Assembly (NCBI GenBank): GCA_964016885.1
Contig: OZ024766.1
Span: 9,486,001-9,550,000, forward strand
Reading direction: 5' to 3'
Source: Eledone cirrhosa
Lineage: Eukaryota
DNA: 64,000 nt
Shown here: in pieces, positions 1 to 16,975 of the stretch
Layout of the letters: the number at the start of each line of letters is the position of its first letter
How positions within the stretch are numbered: the first letter of the stretch is position 1
Position numbers and translations under genes: made by a program
Notes under the pieces: model-generated
The model's input: the letters and a program-made list of their open reading frames with translations, nothing else
The model's database searches: none
What the model was told of the DNA's origin: nothing

Positions 1-471
1 CAGGGTCAGCCGACCAGACACTGCCCACAACAGGACAACCCATCTAACCCATGCTAGCATGAAAGAACAGACGTTAAACGGTGATGAAGATGATGGGTAA
101 ACATATTATCCCATTACAATTAGTAATTAAATGCTGTTAATCCTTGATTGTTATATATAAAGTGTATATATATATATATATATTTATACACATACACACA
201 TATATATATATATAGTCATACATATAAATAAATAAATGTATGTGTGTGTTGGTGTTAGCAAGGGCATCCAGCCGTAGAAAACCTACCAGATAGTCCTATA
301 CCAGCGAGACACGGTCACCCGACCAATCTTGCCTCAAGTGGGACAACTCCCGTCTAACCCATGCTAGTGTGGAAGATGGACGTTAAACGAAGATGATGAT
401 GATATATATTTATACATATGTATAGATATGTATGAATGTGTGTGTATGAGTATATATATATATATATCTAT

Positions 472-705
472 CTAGGGTGGGTAAAATTCCCGAGATCCAT
501 GGACGAGTTCTCTCCAGCGGTCTCTGTCCCTCATTATCGCTGCCATGTCCTGCGTCTCCAACAGACCAGTGTCTGTCCTTAGGGCATCAACATACGTTAA
601 CCTTGGTCTTCCTCTTCCAGTGTGTCCATGTAGGGGCTCCCACAGGAGCACTGAGTGCAATGTCAACTCTGGATGTCGGTGAGCATGTCCAGCTAACCTC
701 AGTCT
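472..705 (-). mobile_element. LINE 3' fragment (RTE-like, family 3)
   Basis: RLRLAGHAHRHPE..GRGRPRLTYVD..DRDRWRELV is a typical RTE-type ORF C-terminus. Near-identical to the end of 46171-46861. Confidence 0.8.
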
Positions 706-706
706 A

Positions 707-742
<36 letters not shown>

Positions 743-2303
743 CACACTCATACATATATAAACACATAAACACTCACATGTATATGTATATATATATATG
801 TATATACAAATATATATACACACTCACATATATAAACACATAAACACTCGCATATATATGTATATATATGTATATACAAATATATATATACACAATCACA
901 CATATAAACACATAAACTCGCATATATATGTATATACAAATATATATATACACAATCACACACATATATATAAACACATACACTCGCATATATATGTATA
1001 TACAAATATATATATACTCACTCACATATATATAAACACATACACTCGCATATATATGTATATATATATGTATATACAAATATATATATACACAATCACA
1101 CACATATATAAACACATATACACTCGCATATATATGTATATATATATGTATATACACAATCACACACATATATATAAACACATATACGCTCGCATATATA
1201 TGTATATATATGTATATACAAATATATATATACACAATCACACACATATATATAAACACATAAACTCGCATATATATGTATATATATATGTATATACAAA
1301 TATATATATACACACTCACAAACATATAAACACATATACACTTGCATATATATGTATATACAAATATATATATACTCACTCACACATATATAAACACATA
1401 CACTCGCATATATATGTATATATATATATGTATATACAAATATATATATACACACTCACACACATATAAACACATATACACTCGCATATATATGTATATA
1501 TATATGTATATACAAATATATATATACACTCACACACATATAAACACATATACACTCGCATATATATATGTATATATATATGTATATACAAATATATATA
1601 TACACAACCACACACATATATATAAACACATATACACTTGCATATATATGTATATACAAATATATATATACTCACTCACATATATATAAACACATACACT
1701 CGCATATATATGTATATATATATGTATATACAAATATATATATACACAATCACACACATATAAACACATATACACTCGCATATATATGTATATATATATA
1801 TGTATATACACAATCACACACATATAAACACATATACACTCGCATATATATGTATATACAAATATATATATACTCACTCACACATATATAAACACATATA
1901 CACTCGCATATATATGTATATATATATGTATATACAAATATATATATACACTCACACACATATAAACACATATACACTCGCATATATATATGTATATATA
2001 TATGTATATACAAATATATATATACACTCACACACATATAAACACATATACACTCGCATATATATATGTATATATATATATGTATATACAAATATATATA
2101 TACACAACCACACACATATATATAAACACATATACACTTGTATATATATATATATATATGTATATACAAATATATATATACACACTCACACACATATATA
2201 AACACATGTACACTTGCATATATATATATATGTATATACAAATATATATATACACACTCACACACATATATAAACACATGTACACTCGCATATATATGTA
2301 TAT

Positions 2304-2346
<43 letters not shown>

Positions 2347-2485
2347 CGTGAGTGTATAGATGTTTATATATATAAAAGTGAGTGTGTGTGTATGAATATA
2401 TATATATATATTTATATATATATATATTCATATACACACTAACTTTTATATATATAAACATATATACACTCACGCACGCACATAC

Positions 2486-2516
<31 letters not shown>

Positions 2517-2530
2517 TGTGTGTGTATATA
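706..2530. repeat. TA/CA compound minisatellite
   Basis: Recurrent TAAACACATATACACTCGCATA..GTATATACAAATA units. Similar compound arrays at 11380-13030, 14050-16880 (about 95 bp) and 24860-25643. Confidence 0.9.
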
Positions 2531-2660
2531 TAAACAAAGAAAGGAATTTCACAGTAACATGCCATGACAATAACCTTAACAACAACAATTGTATTGAAGT
2601 CTGTTAATTAGTCTTTTCATCCGATAGACAATAACACAATGATTGAGTAATTAAGTCTTT

Positions 2661-5168
2661 TATGGAGGTACATGGCTTAGTGGTTAGAGCATTGGGCTGA
2701 TATGGAGGCACATGGCTTAGTGGTTAGAGCATTGGGCTGATATGGAGGCACATGGCTTAGTGGTTAGAGCATTGGGCTGATATGGAGGCACATGGCTTAG
2801 TGGTTAGAGCATTGGGCTGATATGGAGGCACATGGCTTAGTGGTTAGAGCATTGGTCTGATATGGAGGCACATGGCTTAGTGGTTAGAGCATTGGGCTGA
2901 TATGGAGGCACATGGCTTAGTGGTTAGAGCATTGGGTTGATATGGAGGCACATGGCTTAGTGGTTAGAGCATTGGTCTGATATGGAGGCACATGGCTTAG
3001 TGGTTAGAGCATTGGGCTGATATGGAGGCACATGGCTTAGTGGTTAGAGCATTGGGCTGATATGGAGGTACATGGCTTAGTGGTTAGAGCATTGGGCTGA
3101 TATGGAGGCACATGGCTTAGTGGTTAGAGCATTGGTCTGATATGGAGGTACATGGCTTAGTGGTTAGAGCATTGGTCTGACATGGAGGCACATGGCTTAG
3201 TGGTTAGAGCATTGGTCTGATATGGAGGTACATGGCTTAGTGGTTAGAGCATTGGGCTGATATGGAGGCACATGGCTTAGTGGTTAGAGCATTGGTCTGA
3301 TATGGAGGTACATGGCTTAGTGGTTAGAGCATTGGGCTGATATGGAAGTACATGGCTTAGTGGTTAGAGCATTGGTCTGATATGGAGGCACATGGCTTAG
3401 TGGTTAGAGCATTGGTCTGATATAGAGGCATTGGGCTGATATGGAGGCACATGGCTTAGTGGTTAGAGCATTGGTCTGATATGGAGGTACATGGCTTAGT
3501 GGTTAGAGCATTGGGCTGATATGGAGGCACATGGCTTAGTGGTTAGAGCATTGGTCTGATATGGAGGTACATGGCTTAGTGGTTAGAGCATTGGGCTGAT
3601 ATGGAGGTACATGGCTTAGTGGTTAGAGCATTGGTCTGATATAGAGGCATTGGGCTGATATGGAGGCACATGGCTTAGTGGTTAGAGCATTGGTCTGATA
3701 TGGAGGTACATGGCTTAGTGGTTAGAGCATTGGGCTGATATGGAGGCACATGGCTTAGTGGTTAGAGCATTGGTCTGATATGGAGGTACATGGCTTAGTG
3801 GTTAGAGCATTGGGCTGATATGGAGGTACATGGCTTAGTGGTTAGAGCATTGGTCTGATATGGAGGCACATGGCTTAGTGGTTAGAGCATTGGGCTGATA
3901 TGGAGGCACATGGCTTAGTGGTTAGAGCATTGGGCTGATATGGAGGCACATGGCTTAGTGGTTAGAGCATTGGTCTGATATGGAGGTACATGGCTTAGTG
4001 GTTAGCGCATTGGTCTGATATGGGGGCACATGGCTTAGTGGTTAGAGCATTGGGCTGATATGGAGGCACATGGCTTAGTGGTGAGAGCATTGGTCTGATA
4101 TGGAGGCACATGGCTTAGTGCTTAGAGCATTGGTCTGGTATGGAGGCACATGGCTTAGTGGTTAGAGCATTGGTCTGATATGGAGGTACATGGCTTAGTG
4201 GTTAAAGCATTGGTCTGATATGGAGGCACATGGCTTAGTGGTTAGAGCATTGGTCTGATATGGAGGCACATGGCTTAGTGGTTAGAGCATTGGTCTGATA
4301 TGGAGGCACATGGCTTAGTGGTTAGAGCATTGGGCTGATATGGAGGCACATGGCTTAGTGGTTAGAGCATTGGTCTGATATGGAGGTACATGGCTTAGTG
4401 GTTAGCGCATTGGTCTGATATGGGGGCACATGGCTTAGTGGTTAGAGCATTGGGCTGATATGGAGGCACATGGCTTAGTGGTGAGAGCATTGGTCTGATA
4501 TGGAGGCACATGGCTTAGTGCTTAGAGCATTGGTCTGGTATGGAGGCACATGGCTTAGTGGTTAGAGCATTGGTCTGATATGGAGGTACATGGCTTAGTG
4601 GTTAGAGCATTGGCCTGATATGGAGGTACATGGCTTAGTGGTTAGAGCATTGGTCTGATATGGAGGCACATGGCTTAGCGGTTAGAGCATTGGTCTGATA
4701 TGGAGGTACATGGCTTAGTGGTTAGAGCATTGGTCTGATATGGATGTACATGGCTTAGTGGTTAGAGCATTGGTCTGATATGGAGGTATATGGCTTAGTG
4801 GTTAGTGCATTGGTCTGATATGGAGGTACATGGCTTAGTGGTTAGAGCATTGGTCTGATATGGAGGCACATGGCTTAGTGGTTAGAGCATTGGTCTGATA
4901 TGGGGGCACATGGCTTAGTGATTAGAGCATTGGGCTGATATGGAGGTACATGGCTTAGTGGTTAGAGCATTGGTCTGATATGGAGGTACATGGCTTAGTG
5001 GTTAGAGCATTGGTCTGATATGGAGGTACATGGCTTAGTGGTTAGAGCATTGGTCTGATATGGAGGCACATGGCTTAGTGGTTAGAGCATTGGTCTGATA
5101 TGGAGGTACATGGCTTAGTGGTTAGAGCATTTGGGCTGATATGGAGGTACATGGCTTAGTGGTTAGAG
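2661..5168 (+). repeat. 40-bp tandem array derived from the SINE head (about 62 copies)
   Basis: (TATGGAGGCACATGGCTTAGTGGTTAGAGCATTGGKCTGA)n; the first 35 nt or so match the CORE-SINE 5' end. Confidence 0.97.
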
Positions 5169-5775
5169 GGTTGGAAGAAGTTTAGGGAGCTGCTTCCTCT
5201 TTTGACGAAGAAGTGTTTCTCCCTGCGTACGAAAGGCCGGTTGTATGATGCCTGTGTGAGGAGCGCGATGCTGCATGGTAGTGAGACATTGGCAGCAACC
5301 GCAGAGGATATGCAACGGCTGGAGAGAAATGAGGCAAGCATGCTCCGTTGGATGTGCGTGAACGACCCAGCATAAATGTGTTGAGAGAGAAACTGTGTCT
5401 GAGAGGGATAGAATGTAGTGTACGGGAGAGGAGATGAGGTGGTATGGACATGTGATGTGTTGAGAGAGAAACTGTGTCTGAGAGGGATAGAATGTAGTGT
5501 ACGGGAGAGGAGACTGAGGTGGTATGGACATGTGATGCGCATGGAGGATGACCGATGGGTGAAGAAGTGCCAGGAAATTCCAGTTGAAGGAAGACGTGGT
5601 AGAGGTAGACCACGAAAAACATGGGCAGAGGTGGTGAGAACAGACCTCAGATCATTGAAGCTCACGGTGGAGATGACGAGGGACCGTGACGAGTGGAGAG
5701 ATGCTGTGCTGAATAAGACCCGTCCCACCCTTGCAAGCAGGGAAAAGCGGACGTAAAATGATGATGATGATGATA
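5165..5775 (+). mobile_element. RTE-like LINE 3' fragment (family 1)
   Basis: KGRLYDACVRSAMLHGSET..RLRWYGHVMRM..GRGRPRKTW..RPTLASREKRT-stop, then (TGA)n tail. Internal duplication of about 79 bp. Confidence 0.9.
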
Positions 5776-5917
5776 TATATATATATATATAGATTGTTAT
5801 ACTTTGAGGGGGTCATGTTGCCAATAAAAACATGCGCACCAGTTGGTTTTCACTTCAATTTATTATAAATTTCCAGTTGGTTGGTTGGTTTGATAACCGG
5901 AAGGTTGTTTATATATT

Positions 5918-5960
5918 GTCAAAGCTCTTTCGTCACACATTCTGTGACCTCCTCAGTGAC
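5918..5960 (-). ncRNA. Hammerhead-like motif (family D, one extra core nucleotide)
   Basis: Reverse complement reads GTCA-CTGAGGA-g-GTCACA..TGTGAC-GAA-AGAGCT-T-TGAC. Lies in a dispersed repeat beginning ATTGTTATACTT(G)GGGAGGGTCAT. Confidence 0.5.
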
Positions 5961-5994
5961 TGGCTTTTTATTTTGTGTCTCTCCTTTGTTCTGG

Positions 5995-6138
5995 GGTAGT
6001 ATTGGTGTTGGTGGTAGTTGTGGTGGTGGTGGTGATAGTAGTAGTAGAGAGTAATAGTAGTATTGGTAGTAGTAGTAGTGGTGGCAGTGGTGTTGGTAGT
6101 AGAATTACTAGTAGTGGTGTTAGTGGTAGTAGTGGTAA

Positions 6139-6170
<32 letters not shown>

Positions 6171-6515
6171 TTATTGGTGACAGTAGTAGTAGTGTTGGTA
6201 GTAATTGTGGTATTGGTAGTAGTAGTAGTAGTAGTAGTGTTGGTAGTAGAATTACTAGTAGTGGTGTTAGTGGTAGTAGTGGTAATAGTAATAGTAGTAG
6301 TAGTGTTATTGGTGACAGTAGTAGTAGTGTTGGTAGTAATTGTGGTATTGGTAGTAGTAGTGGTAGTAGTGTTGGTAGTAGAATTACTAGTAGTGGTGTT
6401 AGTGGTAGTAGTGGTAATAGTAGTAGTAGTAGTAGTGTTATTGGTGACAGTAGTAGTAGTGTTGGTAGTAATTGTGGTATTGGTAGTAGTAGTAGTAGTG
6501 GTAGTAGTTGTATTG

Positions 6516-6549
<34 letters not shown>

Positions 6550-6774
6550 CTTTGACAGAAAGTTAATTGTTTAGATAAAAGCTTGTTACTGTAGTAGTGG
6601 TAGTGGTAGTAGTAGTTGTTGTTGTTGTAGTAGTGTTGGTGGTGGTAGTAGTAGTAGTAGTGGTTGTAGTTTTAATTTTCCTAGTCTTTGTTTAATCTGG
6701 GTCAAATTAAAATGTTTGTACACTGAGTATATATACATATATATATTATATATATATATATGATATATATATAT

Positions 6775-6816
<42 letters not shown>

Positions 6817-6832
6817 ATATATATATATATAT

Positions 6833-6869
<37 letters not shown>

Positions 6870-6879
6870 TATATATATG

Positions 6880-6962
<83 letters not shown>

Positions 6963-6985
6963 GTATATATATGTATATATATATG

Positions 6986-7042
<57 letters not shown>

Positions 7043-7167
7043 CATGTATATATATACACACACACACACATTATATATATGTGTATATACCTTATATATA
7101 TATGTATATAAATATATATACACACACTCACACCTATAAGTGTATATATATATATGTGTATATACCT

Positions 7168-7201
<34 letters not shown>

Positions 7202-7248
7202 AATATATATACACACACTCACACCTATAAGTGTATATATATGTGTAT

Positions 7249-7325
<77 letters not shown>

Positions 7326-7398
7326 TCACACCTATAAGTGTATATATATGTGTGTATATACCTTATATAAATATATATACACACACTCACACTTATAA

Positions 7399-7433
<35 letters not shown>

Positions 7434-9155
7434 CACATATATACACATATATATATATATATATATATACATATATATACACACACTTCTCCACCACCAC
7501 CCCTCTGCTCCCCCTTCTTCCCCCACCTCTCTCCTCTCTCCTCCCACCACTCCTCTTCAGACCCTACCTGTCTATTAAAGTGTCAGGTAACTTTACCAAA
7601 CTTTGCTTCAGCATTGCCTGACCCTAGCTGGGGTGAATACACAAATATAGTGGTGGTCTGGTGTTGGTGGTGGTGGTGGTGGTGGTGGTGGTGGTGGTGG
7701 TGGTGGTGGTGGTGGTTGTGATGTACCATGGTGGGTGTGGGGGTGGTGTAGGTAGTGGTAGTGGTGGTGGTGGTGGTGATGTACCATGGTGGGTGTGGGG
7801 GGGGTGTAGGTAGTGGTAGTGGTGGTGGTTGTGGTGTATTAGAGTTTGTGATGTACCATGGTGGTGGTGGTGGTAATGGTGGTGGTGGTAATGGTAGTAG
7901 TGGTGGTGGTGGTGGTGGTGGTAGTAATGGTAGTAATGATGGTGGTGGTGGTAGTAATGGTGATGATGGTAGTGGTTGTAATGATGGTGGTGGTGGTAGT
8001 AATGGTGATGATGGTAGTGGTTGTAATGATGGTGGTGGTGGTGGTGGTGGTGGTAATGGTGGTGATGGTGGTCGTAGTAGTGCTTGTAATGGTGGTGGTG
8101 GTGGTGGTAGTAGTGCTTGTAATGGTGGTGGTGGTGGTGGTGGTGGTGGTGGTAATGGTAGTAATGGTGGTGGTGGTGGTGGTGGTAATGGTAGGAATGA
8201 TGGTGGTGGTGGTAGTGGTAGTAGTGGTTGTAATGATGGTGGTGGTGGTGGTGGTGGTGGTGGTGGTAGTGGTAGTAGTGGTTGTAATGATGGTGGTGGT
8301 GGTGGTGGTGGTGGTGTAGTAATGGTGGTGATGGTGGTGTAAAAAAACAACTGTTCTGTCACCGCCATTAACTCCACACTATCACTACCAAACAAAACAA
8401 ACATTCCCCACCCACACACCATCACCACACCACCACCACCACCCTATCACCAACACTACCACCACCACCACCCCACCATCACACCACTCCACCACCACAT
8501 CCTATCACCACCATTACTACCACCACCACCACCACCACCCTATCACCACCGCTCCACCACCACCACCCTACCACCACCACCACCCAACCATCACACCACT
8601 CCACCACCACACCCTATCACCATCACCCCACCACCACACCATCACCACACCACCACCACCACCACACCGCTCCAACACTACACCACCACCACCACCCCAC
8701 CATCACACCACTCCACCACCACACCCTATCACCACCATTACCACCACCACCACCAACACCACCACCACACCAACACTACCACCCTAACAACACCACCACC
8801 ACCCTATCACCATCACCACACCACCACCACCACACCATCACCACACCACCACCACCACACCGCTCCAACACTACACCACCATCACCCCACCACCACACCA
8901 TCACCACACCACCACCACCACACCATCACCCCACCACCACACCATCACCACACCACCACCACCACACCGCTCCAACACTACACCACCACCACCCCACCAT
9001 CACACCACTCTACCACCACACCCTATCACCACCATTACTACCACCACCAACACCACCACCACCACACCAACACTACCACCCTATCACCAGCACCCCACCA
9101 CCACACAATCAACACACCACTACTACCAAACAAAATCAGAACCACCACTACTCCA
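5995..9155. repeat. Triplet-repeat zone: (GTA)n, (TA)n, (GGT)n, (CCA)n
   Basis: GTA-rich 5995-6672 with a super-unit of about 120 bp x3; TA 6729-7486; GGT-rich 7660-8340; CCA-rich 8405-9155. Confidence 0.92.
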
Positions 9156-9318
9156 CCGCCAAAGGCACCCCACCCGGGGTGGAGGAGGGGGGGGGGGGGG
9201 GGGGGGTTACCTTTATTCTCTTCTCCCCCACCCCACCCTCACTATATACACACCTGGCTACACACAGACCCTGGGTTTGGCCACAGATACACAACTGACA
9301 CTACAGAAAGTATGTGTG

Positions 9319-9375
<57 letters not shown>

Positions 9376-9376
9376 A

Positions 9377-9412
<36 letters not shown>

Positions 9413-9430
9413 TACATATACATATATATA

Positions 9431-9461
<31 letters not shown>

Positions 9462-9666
9462 GTTTACATATACATATATATATATGTTTACATTTATATA
9501 TATATATATATAAATATATATATAAACATATATGTAAACATATATATATGTAAACATATATATATATATATATGTTTACATATATATAGATAAAATTATA
9601 TAGACATAAATTTATATAATAGAGAGATGGGGTGGAGGGAAAGTGAGTGTATACATACGAATATAG

Positions 9667-9718
<52 letters not shown>

Positions 9719-9719
9719 T

Positions 9720-9804
<85 letters not shown>

Positions 9805-9885
9805 CAATATGTTGAAAAGGTGTATTTTAAAGAGCTCAGGATTCCTTTTCCTTTGAGCACATCGTTTTATATATGTATATATATG

Positions 9886-9925
<40 letters not shown>

Positions 9926-10033
9926 AAGTATATATATATACACATATATATATATATGTATATGTTTATTTATATATGTATATATATACACATATATATA
10001 TGTATATGTATATTTATATATGTATATATATAT

Positions 10034-10081
<48 letters not shown>

Positions 10082-10168
10082 CTATACATGTAAACATACT
10101 TTACAAACACAAACATATATATATGTGTATATATATATATATATATGTGTATATATATATATTATATA

Positions 10169-10292
<124 letters not shown>

Positions 10293-10297
10293 GTGTG

Positions 10298-10329
<32 letters not shown>

Positions 10330-10361
10330 TATGTGTGTATATATATATACATATATATATA

Positions 10362-10499
<138 letters not shown>

Positions 10500-10500
10500 A

Positions 10501-10674
<174 letters not shown>

Positions 10675-10845
10675 ATATATATATACATATACACCCATTG
10701 AGCAAATGTACAATGTACATAGGCTCACATTTTATTATATGTCCATAAACATAAGTTGGATTAGCCTGCAGGTAAAATGGTGAGCTAACAATGACAATGG
10801 GGGGCAGTAATACACACACACACACTCACACACACACACATACAC

Positions 10846-10912
<67 letters not shown>

Positions 10913-10986
10913 ATGTCTATCTCTTGTTTTTGTTCCCTTAACTTTCTAACAATACATATATATATATACACTCATATGTATATATT

Positions 10987-11089
<103 letters not shown>

Positions 11090-11099
11090 GTATATATAC

Positions 11100-11156
<57 letters not shown>

Positions 11157-11174
11157 TATATGTATATAATATAC

Positions 11175-11205
<31 letters not shown>

Positions 11206-11253
11206 CATATATACATATATATAATATATACATATAACATATATATATATACA

Positions 11254-11359
11254 CACAGGATGTCCTCAAACAATGTATACATACTTCAAAAGCATTCTAA
11301 TAAATATTGCCTGTACAGGTAATCAAGGTGTGTATACATTTTTTGGGAATACCCTGTAT
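11254..11359. mobile_element. Small Tc1/mariner-like MITE
   Basis: ACAGGATGTCCTCAAACAATGTATACA / TGTATACATTTTTTGGGAATACCCTGT imperfect inverted termini in a TA context. Confidence 0.5.
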
Positions 11360-11697
11360 ATATGCATATGCAGGTACACTCATGCACACACATATATGCA
11401 CACACTCATGCATACACACATATATATACATATACACTCATGCACACACACACACACCCATGTATATATATATGTATGTACATACTCATGTACACACACA
11501 CACATATATATATATACATACACTCATGAACACAGACATATATATAGATATAGATATATATATATATACATACACTCATGTACACACACACACACATATA
11601 TATATATACATATACACTCATACACACATATATATATATATACATACACTCATGAACACAGACACACACATATATATATATATACATACACTCATGT

Positions 11698-11732
<35 letters not shown>

Positions 11733-11793
11733 CATACACTCATGAACACACACACACGCACATATATATATATATATACATACACACTCATGT

Positions 11794-11834
<41 letters not shown>

Positions 11835-11989
11835 CACTCATGTACACACACATATATATATATATATATATACATACACTCATGTACACACACATATATA
11901 TATATATATATACATACACTCATGTACTCACACACACACACACATATATATATATACATACACTCATGTACACACTCACAATACAGTCC

Positions 11990-12023
<34 letters not shown>

Positions 12024-13281
12024 CACAGCCACAATCGCACACACTCACAGTACTATCACACACGTGTGTATATATATATATATATATATAAGATCATAAA
12101 CACTCACTGAAATACACGGGAGGGGGGGGGGGGGGCATACACATATATACTCCAACACACACACACACTCATATATACTCCAACTCACACACACACACAC
12201 ACATATACACTCATATCTACTCCAACATACACACACTCATATATACTCCAACAAACACACACATACACACATATACACACTCATATATACTCCAACATAC
12301 ACACACATACACACACTCATATATACTCCAACACACACACATACTGTCACATATACTCCAACACACACACGACACGTACACACACACATACACACTCATA
12401 TAGTGTATAATTCTATGTACTATACATACACCTTTGACGAGTGGTAGTGCACCTGAACACTGTACACAATAATTTCATTATTATATATTATATATACTCC
12501 AACACTCACACACTCTCACATACTCCAACACACACATACACACATATATACTCCAACACACACACACACATTCTCATATACTCCAACATACACACACACT
12601 CACATATACTCCAACACTCACACACACACACACATATACTCCAACACACACACACACACACTCTCATATACTCCAACATACACACACACTCACATATACT
12701 CCAACACTCACACACACACACACACACTCACATATACTCCAACACACACACACACACACACACTCACATATACTCCAACATACATACACTCTCACATATA
12801 CTCCAACACTCATACACACACACACACACACACACACACAACATACACACACTCATATATGCTCCAACACACTCTCATATATGCTTCAACACACACATAC
12901 ACACACTCTCATACACACACTCTCATATATATATGCTCCAACACACACACTCTCATGTATGCTCCAACACACATACATACACACACACATACACACTCAC
13001 ATATACTCCAACACTCACACACATATACACACACACACAATTTAGCCATATCCAGAGAGATCTTGTGTCCTGTGTAGTCTATATGACTGCCATATATATA
13101 TATTTATATATATGTATTTATATATATGTGTGTGTGTGTGTGTAATTATGTGTGTGTGTGTGTAAATGTATGTATGTGTGTGTGTGTAAATATAAAGTGA
13201 ACACCAACCAAACAGTGAGTTCTGTTATTAAATCTGGCAATATTACACAAATATGACCCTCCCCAAGTATAACTATATATA

Positions 13282-13351
<70 letters not shown>

Positions 13352-13459
13352 CATTATATTGTTTTGTCACCGTACACTACTATAGTACACACATACACCC
13401 CCCCCCCACACACACACATGTAGGACAGTGCCTAGCCATTTAAAACGGTGATGATGATG

Positions 13460-13532
<73 letters not shown>

Positions 13533-14691
13533 AATGGAATAGAATGAAACGAAATTTCATTTCTCACTCTTAGTACGGCACTTACTTAAATGTAAGTATG
13601 TATGTATGTATACGTACATACATATATGTATACAGACAGTAGTATGTATATATATATATATATATACATACATACATACATACTTATAATATGCCCCCAC
13701 ACCCCCCACTGCAAGGTGGTCGTGGAGGTGCCACGGCAAAAAAAGGCACCCAGCCCACACTGTAAAGTGGACGTGTAGGGGCCACGAAAAAGCACCCAGC
13801 ACTCACTGTAAATGAGGTTGGTGTTAGGAAGGGCATCCAGCTGTAGAAATCGAGCCAGAATCAGTTCCTGTATGAGCAAGGCATGGTCAGCCGACCAGAC
13901 ACTGCCCTCAACAGGACAACCCGTCTAACCCATGCTAGCGTGGAAGAACGGACGTAAAACGGTGATGATGATGATGATGATATATATACTTCAGTGCATC
14001 TGTATACATATATGTATGTACGAATACATACATACATACTTACATTTATATATATATACACATATATTATATAAACCAATACTAAACATACACACACACT
14101 ATATATGTGTATATATATATATATATAGTCACTATTACATATACACAACAATACACATATATTATATAAACCAATACTAAACATACACACACACTATATA
14201 TGTGTATATATATATATATATAGTCACTATTACATATACACAACAATACACATATATTATATAAACTAATACTAAACATACACACACACTATATATATGT
14301 GTATATATATATATATAGTCACTATTACACATACTGCAATACACATATATTATATAAACCAATACTAAACATACACACACACTATATATGTGTATATATA
14401 TATATATATAGTCACTATTACATATACACAACAATACACATATATTATATAAACTAATACTAAACATACACACACACTATATATATGTGTATATATATAT
14501 ATATAGTCACTATTACACATACTGCAATACACATATATTATATAAACCAATACTAAACACACACACACACTATATATGTGTATATATATATATATATATT
14601 TGTTTTGTTAGTTCTGTTTACCTTTTACACATACACACACTACTACTACACATATATTATATAAACCAATACTAAACATACACACATACTA

Positions 14692-14722
<31 letters not shown>

Positions 14723-14820
14723 TTGTTTTGTTAGTTCTGTTTACCTTTTACACACACACATACTACTACTACTACTACACATATATTATATAAACCAATA
14801 CTAAACATACACACATACTA

Positions 14821-14851
<31 letters not shown>

Positions 14852-15175
14852 TTGTTTTGTTAGTTCTGTTTACCTTTTACACACACACACACTACTACTA
14901 CACATATATATATATATATATAGTCACTATTACATATACACTGCAATACACATATATTATATAAACCAATACTAAACATATATACACACTGTATATGTGT
15001 ATATATATATATAGTCACTATTACATATACACTGCAATACACATATTATATAAACCAATACTAAACATATATACACACTATATATGTGTATATATATATA
15101 CATATATAGTCACTATTACACACACTGCAATACACATATATTATATAAACCAATACTAAACATATATACACACTA

Positions 15176-15224
<49 letters not shown>

Positions 15225-15290
15225 ACTATTACACATACACTGCAATACACATATATTATATAAACCAATACTAAACATATATACACACTA

Positions 15291-15332
<42 letters not shown>

Positions 15333-15655
15333 TTGTTATTTCTGTTTACCTTTTACACGCACACACACACTACTACTACATATATATATATATATATAGT
15401 CACTATTACATATACACAACAATACACATATATTATAGAAACCAATACTAAACATACACACACACTATATATGTGTGTATATATATATATATATATAGTC
15501 ACTATTACACACACTGCAATACACATATATTATATAAACTAATACTAAACATACACACACACTATATATGTGTATATATATATATATATAGTCACTATTA
15601 CACACACTGCAATACACATATATTATAGAAACTAATACTAAACATACACACACTA

Positions 15656-15699
<44 letters not shown>

Positions 15700-15786
15700 T
15701 TGTTATTTCTGTTTACCTTTTACACACACACACACTACTACTACACATATATTATACAAACCAATACTAAACATACACACACACTA

Positions 15787-15826
<40 letters not shown>

Positions 15827-16183
15827 TTGTTATTTCTGTTTACCTTTTACACACACACACTACTACTACACATATATTATATAAACCAATACTAAACACA
15901 CACACACTATATATGTGTATATATATATATATTTGTTTTGTTATTTCTGTTTACCTTTTACACACACTACTACTACACATATATATATATATATATATAG
16001 TCACTATTACATATACACTGCAATACACATATATTATATAAACCAATACTAAACACACACACACTATATATGTGTATATATATATATATTTGTTTTGTTA
16101 TTTCTGTTTACCTTTTACACACACACACACACTACTACTACACATATATTATACAAACCAATACTAAACATACACACACACTA

Positions 16184-16227
<44 letters not shown>

Positions 16228-16389
16228 TTGTTATTTCTGTTTACCTTTTACACACACACACACACTACTACTACACATATATTATATAAACCAATACTAA
16301 ACACACACACACTATATATGTGTATATATATATATATATATTTGTTTTGTTAGTTCTGTTTACCTTTTACACACACACACACTACTACT

Positions 16390-16420
<31 letters not shown>

Positions 16421-16489
16421 GTCACTATTACATATACACTGCAATACACATATATTATATAAACCAATACTAAACATACACACACACTA

Positions 16490-16521
<32 letters not shown>

Positions 16522-16592
16522 GTCACTATTACATATACACAACAATACACATATATTATATAAACCAATACTAAACATACACACACACACTA

Positions 16593-16636
<44 letters not shown>

Positions 16637-16975
16637 TTGTTATTTCTGTTTACCTTTTACACGCACACACAAGCACACACACACACACACACCACACACA
16701 CACACTACTACTACACATATATTATATAAACCAATACTAAACATACACACACACACTATATATATATATATATATATTTGTTTTGTTATTTCTGTTTACC
16801 TTTTACACGCACACACAAGCACACACACACAAGCACACACACACACACACACCACACACACACACACACCACACACACACCCTGCTACAGACCGACAGGC
16901 AGACAGACCTGTCCTGCTTAGCCTATATACCATCCAATAAACTTTATAAACAATGTCACTGCTACTCCAAGAAGT

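Noticed and set aside
2661-5168. CRISPR-like appearance of the 40-bp array
   Set aside because: No unique spacers, no cas genes, eukaryotic context; the monomer is a SINE head.
5975-8428. Ser/Gly-rich and Pro-rich ORFs
   Set aside because: Triplet repeats (GTA, GGT) without splice or homology support.
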